Part shown: positions 57,336 through 64,000 of the stretch, piece after piece
Layout: each line of letters begins with the position of its first letter
Position numbering within the stretch: the stretch's first letter is position 1
Origin: Eledone cirrhosa
Taxonomy: Eukaryota
DNA: 64,000 nucleotides
NCBI GenBank assembly: GCA_964016885.1
Contig: OZ024740.1
Location: forward strand, 94,674,001-94,738,000
Reading direction: 5' to 3'
Translations under genes and position numbers: made by a program
Notes under the pieces: generated by a model
What the model saw: the letters and a program-made list of their open reading frames with translations, nothing else
What the model was told of the DNA's origin: nothing
Databases searched by the model: none

Positions 57336-57730
57336 GAATAGAGGTGTAACACACGAGTTATGATATATTGGTAAAAGGAAAAGAAACTGCTAACAAATTG
57401 TTCCCAGTGAAAAATAATTTAATTAGGAATAAGCAAAAATTAGTAATAGTATTGGTTATTATTCAGTTTTGGTTTTAAGTTTTACGGGTTGCGCAATTCT
57501 AATGCTTTACTAAAATAATTTCGTGATGTTTGCTCTAATCTGATAGAGCAAACATCACGGGCGCTCTATCTCAAAATTATTTTTGAAAAGCATTAGAATT
57601 GAGCAACCCGTAAAATTTAAAACCAGAACTGAATAATAACCAATACTATTACACATTTTTACTTATTCATAATTAAACTAGTTTTCACTGGGATCATTTT
57701 GTCAGCATTTTCTTTTCCTTTTACCAATAT
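57330..57730. mobile_element. Fold-back insertion, older paralog of 52265-52695
   Basis: Same start ttaaaagaatagaggtgtaacacac; turn ttgctcta(atctga)tagagcaa at 57530-57551. Confidence 0.85.
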
Positions 57731-57750
57731 ATATATATATATATATATAT

Positions 57751-60700
57751 GACCATCTCCACTGAAAGTTTTCATTAAATAGTCTTTTAAGACAATACAG
57801 AGCATTTGATGTTATTCCAAATTGAAGGATAAGTGTTTCAAAATTTGTTTTATCATGAGTTAAAGGTCTATAGATTTTTCCATGGATTTTACTAAATTCT
57901 GTGGATGAATTTGTATCCTGATTCTCTTTTGAGATGAGTTTGAGTTATTTTTCCTAAATCTTTCGTTAACTACTTTTCCCATCTTGACGTTATAGTCGCA
58001 TATATGTTATAGAATGCCGTTAGCTTCTTGCTACAACAATCTCTATACGTCTCATTTATATTTATACTCGGATTCTTTTCCTAGAGTGCTTAAACTATCT
58101 GTGACTAATCTCGGTTTATTCATAAAAACTGTGATAATTATTGCTATTTTGCTGAACTCCTTGTAGAGTTTTTTTTTTCAGAATGTATTTGACTGCTATT
58201 TCTTGTAAATAAACATTCACTTCCATCCTGACGTCACTAGCCCCGTTTTTTCCTCATGTGCTTTTTCATAAATACACATGAAGGCGAACTAGCCAGTTTT
58301 AGAATTCCCTTTTTCGGACTATATTACTGTGAGAGCCCTGATTTTCTGTTGAGCTCTGCTGATGAATGATGTTCCAACCGTGACCATCTCCACTGAAAGT
58401 TTTCATGAAATAGTCTTTTAAGACTATACAGAGCATTTGATGTTATTACAAATTGAAGGATAAGTGTTTCAAAATTTGTTTTATCATGAGTTAAAGGTCT
58501 ATAGATTTTTCCATGGATTTTACTAAATTCTGTGGATAAATTTGTATCCTGATTCTCTTTTGAGATGAGTTTGAGTTATTTTTCCTAAATCTTTCGTTAA
58601 CTACTTTTCCCATCTTGACGTTATAGTCGCATATATGTTATAGAATGCCGTTAGCTTCTTGCTAAAACAATCTCTATACGTCTCATTTATATTTATACTC
58701 GGATTCTTTTCCTAGAGTGCTTAAACTATCTGTGACTAATCTCGGTTTTTTTCATAAAAACTGTGATAATTATTGCTATTTTGCTGAACTCCTTGTAGAG
58801 TTTTTTTTTTTTCAGAATGTATTTGACTGCTATTTCTTCTAAATAAACATTCACTTCCATCCTGACGTCACTAGCCCCGTTTTTTCCTCATGTGCTTTTT
58901 CATAAATACACATGAAGGCGAACTAGCCAGTTTTAGAATTCCCTTTTTCGGACTATATTACTGTGAGAGCCCTGGTTTTCTGTTGAGCTCTGCTGATGAA
59001 TGATTTCCAACCGTGACCATCTCCACTGAAAGTTTTCATGAAATAGTCTTTTAAGACTATACAGAGCATTTGATGTTATTCCAAATTGAAGGATAAGTGT
59101 TTCAAAATTTGTTTTATCATGAGTTAAAGGTCTATAGATTTTTCCATGGATTTTACTAAATTCTGTGGATGAATTTGTATCCTGATTCTCTTTTGAGATG
59201 AGTTTGAGTTATTTTTCCTAAATCTTTCGTTAACTACTTTTCCCATCTTGACGTTATAGTCGCATATATGTTATAGAATGCCGTTAGCTTCTTGCTAAAA
59301 CAATCTCTATACGTCTCATTTATATTTATACTCGGATTCTTTTCCTAGAGTGCTTAAACTATCTGTGACTAATCCCGTTTTTTTTCATAAAAACTGTGAT
59401 AATTATTGCTATTTTGCTGAACTCCTTGTAGATTTTTTTTTTTTTCAGAATGTATTTGACTGCTATTTCTTGTAAATAAACATTCACTTCCATCCTGACG
59501 TCACTAGCCCCGTTTTTTCCTCATGTGCTTTTTCATAAATACACATGAAGGCGAACTAGCCAGTTTTAGAATTCCCGTTTTCGGACTATATTACTGTGAG
59601 AGCCCTGGTTTTCTGTTGAGCTCTGCTGATGAATGATTTCCAACCGTGACCATCTCCACTGAAAGTTTTCATGAAATAGTCTTTTAAGAATATACAGAGC
59701 ATTTGATGTTATTACAAATTGAAGGATAAGTGTTTCAAAATTTGTTTTATCATGAGTTAAAGGTCTATAGATTTTTTCCATGGATTTTACTAAATTCTGT
59801 GGATGAATTTGTATCCTGATTCTCTTTTGAGATGAGTTTGAGTTATTTTTCCTAAATCTTTCGTTAACTACTTTTCCCATCTTGACGTTATAGTCGCATA
59901 TATGTTATAGAATGCCGTTAGCTTCTTGCTAAAACAATCTCTATACGTCTCATTTATATTTATACTCGGATTCTTTTCCTAGAGTGCTTAAACTATCTGT
60001 GACTAATCTCGGTTTTTTTCATAAAAACTGTGATAATTATTGCTATTTTGCTGAACTCCTTGTAGAGTTTTTTTTTTTCAGAATGTATTTGACAGCTATT
60101 TCTTCTAAATAAACATTCACTTCCATCCTGACGTCACTAGCCCCGTTTTTTCCTCATGTGCTTTTTCATAAATACACATGAAGGCGAACTAGCCAGTTTT
60201 AGAATTCCCTTTTTCGGACTATATTACTGTGAGAGCCCTGATTTTCTGTTGAGCTCTGCTGATGAATGATGTTCCAAACGTGACCATCTCCACTGAAAGT
60301 TTTCATGAAATAGTCTTTTAAGACTATACAGAGCATTTGATGTTATTACAAATTGAAGGATAAGTGTTTCAAAATTTGTTTTATCATGAGTTAAAGGTCT
60401 ATAGATTTTTCCATGGATTTTACTAAATTCTGTGGATGAATTTGTATCCTGATTCTCTTTTGAGATGAGTTTGAGTTATTTTTCCTAAATCTTTCGTTAA
60501 CTACTTTTCCCATCTTGACGTTATAGTCGCATATATGTTATAGAATGCCGTTAGCTTCTTGCTAAAACAATCTCTATACGTCTCATTTATATTTATACTC
60601 GGATTCTTTTCCTAGAGTGCTTAAACTATCTGTGACTAATCCCGGTTTTTTTCATAAAAACTGTGATAATTATTGCTATTTTGCTGAACTCCTTGTAGAG

Positions 60701-61216
60701 TTTTTTTTTTTCAGAATGTATTTGACTGCTATTTCTTGTAAATAAACATTCACTTCCATCCTGACGTCACTAGCCCCGTTTTTTCCTCATGTGCTTTTAC
60801 ATAAATACACATGAAGGCGAACTAGCCAGTTTTAGAATTCCCTTTTTCGGACTATATTACTGTGAGAGCCCTGGTTTTCTGTTGAGCTCTGCTGATGAAT
60901 GATTTCCAACCGTGACCATCTCCACTGAATGTTTTCATGAAATAGTCTTTTAAGACTATACAGAGCATTTGATGTTATTCCAAATTGAAGGATAAGTGTT
61001 TCAAAATTTGTTTTATCATGAGTTAAAGGTCTATAGATTTTTCCATGGATTTTACTAAATTCTGTGGATGAATTTGTATCCTGATTCTCTTTTGAGATGA
61101 GTTTGAGTTATTTTTCCTAAATCTTTTGTTAACTACTTTTCCCATCTTGACGTTATAGTCGCATATATGTTATAGAATGCCGTTAGCTTCTTGCTAAAAC
61201 AATCTCTATAGGTCTC

Positions 61217-61220
<4 letters not shown>
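57751..61220 (+). repeat. Tandem array of ~5.5 x 631-634-bp units, each with an HHR (retrozyme-like)
   Basis: gaccatctccactgaa at 57751, 58382, 59015, 59648, 60282, 60914; (TA)n both sides. Confidence 0.95.
58353..58434 (+). ncRNA. Type I hammerhead ribozyme (also 58987-59067, 59620-59700, 60253-60334, 60886-60966)
   Basis: gctctg-CTGATGA-atga(..33 nt..)tcat-GAAA-tagtc(ttttaa)gacta-TA-cagagc. Confidence 0.88.
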
Positions 61221-61289
<69 letters not shown>

Positions 61290-61375
61290 CGTGTATGTGT
61301 GTGTGAGTATATATTATGTAAATATACATATATATATGCGTGTGTGTGTGCATGTGTGTATGTATGTATTTATAT

Positions 61376-61493
<118 letters not shown>

Positions 61494-61900
61494 GTATATA
61501 TATGTGTATATAAATATAGCAAGTTACATACCACTAGTTACATGTACAGGGACGTGGATATCTCATAAGTTACATGGAGAAGTTTTGGGGCCTCAACTGA
61601 TTCAAAATAAAACATAATTCCGTCTTGTTAATGGATAGTTTATTGGCAATTATAAATGCAACTGTAAATGCATGCAGATTTACAATCCATTCTCGGGAAT
61701 ATTGTGTATATGTACATTTTTTTGCTCTGTGTATTCGGATTTGCTTGATGCATAGTGGAGATTGGAACACACCGCAGATTGATTTACATCGGAATATAAC
61801 TTATTGTAGATGTGTACATTATGAATGCATCTAAGTATATATACATATATATACTTAGATGCATTCATAATGTACATATATATATATATATATATATATG

Positions 61901-62048
<148 letters not shown>

Positions 62049-62132
62049 TATTAAAGTGCAAATTTAGACGGGAACAAAACAGAGAGGCAGACGAAGGTTT
62101 AATAGGTTCACACTCGAACATATATATCACGC

Positions 62133-62184
<52 letters not shown>

Positions 62185-62187
<3 letters not shown>

Positions 62188-62598
62188 GGAGGTGAGTTTT
62201 ATTGTAGTACAATAAAGCAATGCAGATATCGGATAAGAAGCACTCTACAGTTTGTAGGACTGGAGTATACATAATATAAGATCAAAAGATGGTTAAAGGA
62301 GTTCCATGTATTTTATTATGCGCATTTCAAAAACAAACATCATCATGCAATAATATTTGTGTTTTCATCAGATCAAACAGGATAACATGATATGAAGGCT
62401 AAAAAACACTTGTGGATAGTGCAGTTTTAAATCAACATATGTTGATTTAAAACTGCACTATCCACAAGTGTTTTTTAGCCTTCATATCATGTTCTCCTGT
62501 TTGATCTGATGAAAACACAAATATTATTGCATGATGATGTTTGTTTTTGAAATGCGCATAATAAAATACATGGAACTCCTTTAACCATCTTTTGATCT

Positions 62599-62606
<8 letters not shown>
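62185..62606. mobile_element. Near-perfect 336-bp palindrome carrying HHR on both strands
   Basis: Arms 62271-62438 / 62439-62606, no spacer; ~85-bp extra left tail; (TA)n flanks. Confidence 0.9.
62500..62566 (+). ncRNA. Type I hammerhead ribozyme (mirror 62311-62377)
   Basis: tttgat-CTGATGA-aaaca...tgttt-tt-GAAA-tgcgca-TA-ataaaa; palindromic stem III, one stem I mismatch. Confidence 0.68.
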
Positions 62607-62673
<67 letters not shown>

Positions 62674-62674
62674 A

Positions 62675-62930
62675 ATCTAACCTTTGTCTTAAACCAGAAG
62701 GCACATTTAGACGGTGCATATCGCGATGTCATCGCATGAAGCGACTGAGAGTACAAGACTCACCGCTGAACAGGACGCCAGTCCATCGAAGGATTAAACG
62801 TCCAGCTATTGCTGGTACTCGTTTTCAGGTGAATATAAAGGAGCAACGCGAAATGAAATGTTTTGCTCAAGAACACAACACGCAACCAAACAATCGAACC
62901 CACGACATTATATTCGTAATTCCAACACTA
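62675..62930 (-). mobile_element. Probable tRNA-derived SINE
   Basis: Reverse strand gggttcgatt (B-box-like) followed by gtgttgtgttcttgagcaaaacattt core related to 50880-50905. Confidence 0.55.
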
Positions 62931-62976
62931 TATATATAGTACCTTACTTACTGTGGATATCTCTGTTGCACCATTG

Positions 62977-63013
<37 letters not shown>

Positions 63014-63173
63014 ACAGGGGCAACCGAGATATCCACAGCGAGTAAGCTCCACAACACATTAGCAGAGAGTATATAACAAATTTAATACTCTATTGGCTTC
63101 AACATATATATGAAGGCCTTTATCTATGGTACTTACCTTCTCTATTTATATCTCCCACCTTCTTCCCCCCTCT

Positions 63174-63276
<103 letters not shown>

Positions 63277-63397
63277 TATAGTAATTATAATAAATTTCAA
63301 GACTAAAATCCAAAGAGGGCTCGACAAGGATAAATATATGCTTAAACTTTAATCTGTTATTTTAATAAATATATCTATATATCTATATACATATATA

Positions 63398-63484
<87 letters not shown>

Positions 63485-64000
63485 ATGTACAAATGTAAGT
63501 CTCTTTCTTGCTGTCTGTATGTATTCCTTTCAAGCAAGAGGTGTACCAATTGATGACAAGTTTGGCACGCTCCTGGTTGGTGTTTACTAAACATCTTCCA
63601 GATTTGTGTAAGGTAAGATTTCAATTCTAAGATTTTTAAGTATAATTTAAAAGGTGTATGAAGGCTGTGCGTACCCAATTGTGATGTTTGCTCCGAACAG
63701 CAGGCACTTAAGAATTCTTCTTACATACACATATGTGTCCTATTGTGATTTAAAACAGAATGATTGTGATGTAAATAGATTTGTGCATTTATGTGTCACT
63801 ATCGGCAGGACCACTTGATCGATAGTGCCGATATTTTGCAATTAAACTAGGTATTGCTGTTTAAGTCACTTTGAATAATCTTTGGCGGTATACTCCTGTT
63901 AATGTATTACAAAATGTTTTCTCACCAATTATTAATTATCTTATCAGGTTAATATTTAATGGAGGAAGATAATAGACTGTTAACTTATAATATAAACAAT

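Noticed and set aside
57751-61220. CRISPR array or protein-coding repeat (ORF 59566-59880)
   Set aside because: No unique spacers; whole units repeat; ORF not preserved across units

Overview
AT-rich eukaryotic DNA, probably intergenic or intronic. A cephalopod (octopus-like) origin is inferred from recalled similarity of an abundant tRNA-type SINE plus extreme (TA)n density. No host gene is supportable. The window is dominated by Penelope-like retroelements (PLEs: RT + C-terminal GIY-YIG endonuclease) of at least three lineages and by many short non-coding elements, most abutting (TA)n tracts. Reading both strands shows roughly 25-30 type I hammerhead ribozyme (HHR) motifs, some degenerate, from about ten unrelated sequence families. 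These include a 5.5-copy array of a ~633-bp unit with an HHR per unit (57751-61220; retrozyme-like). A recurring architecture is seen from ~90 bp to ~10 kb: two element copies joined head-to-head so that both outer junctions are element 3' ends fused to (TA)n. The joined copies form perfect palindromes, offset inversions, or pairs from two different PLE families. All HHR calls are by eye and untested; family labels A-E are my own.
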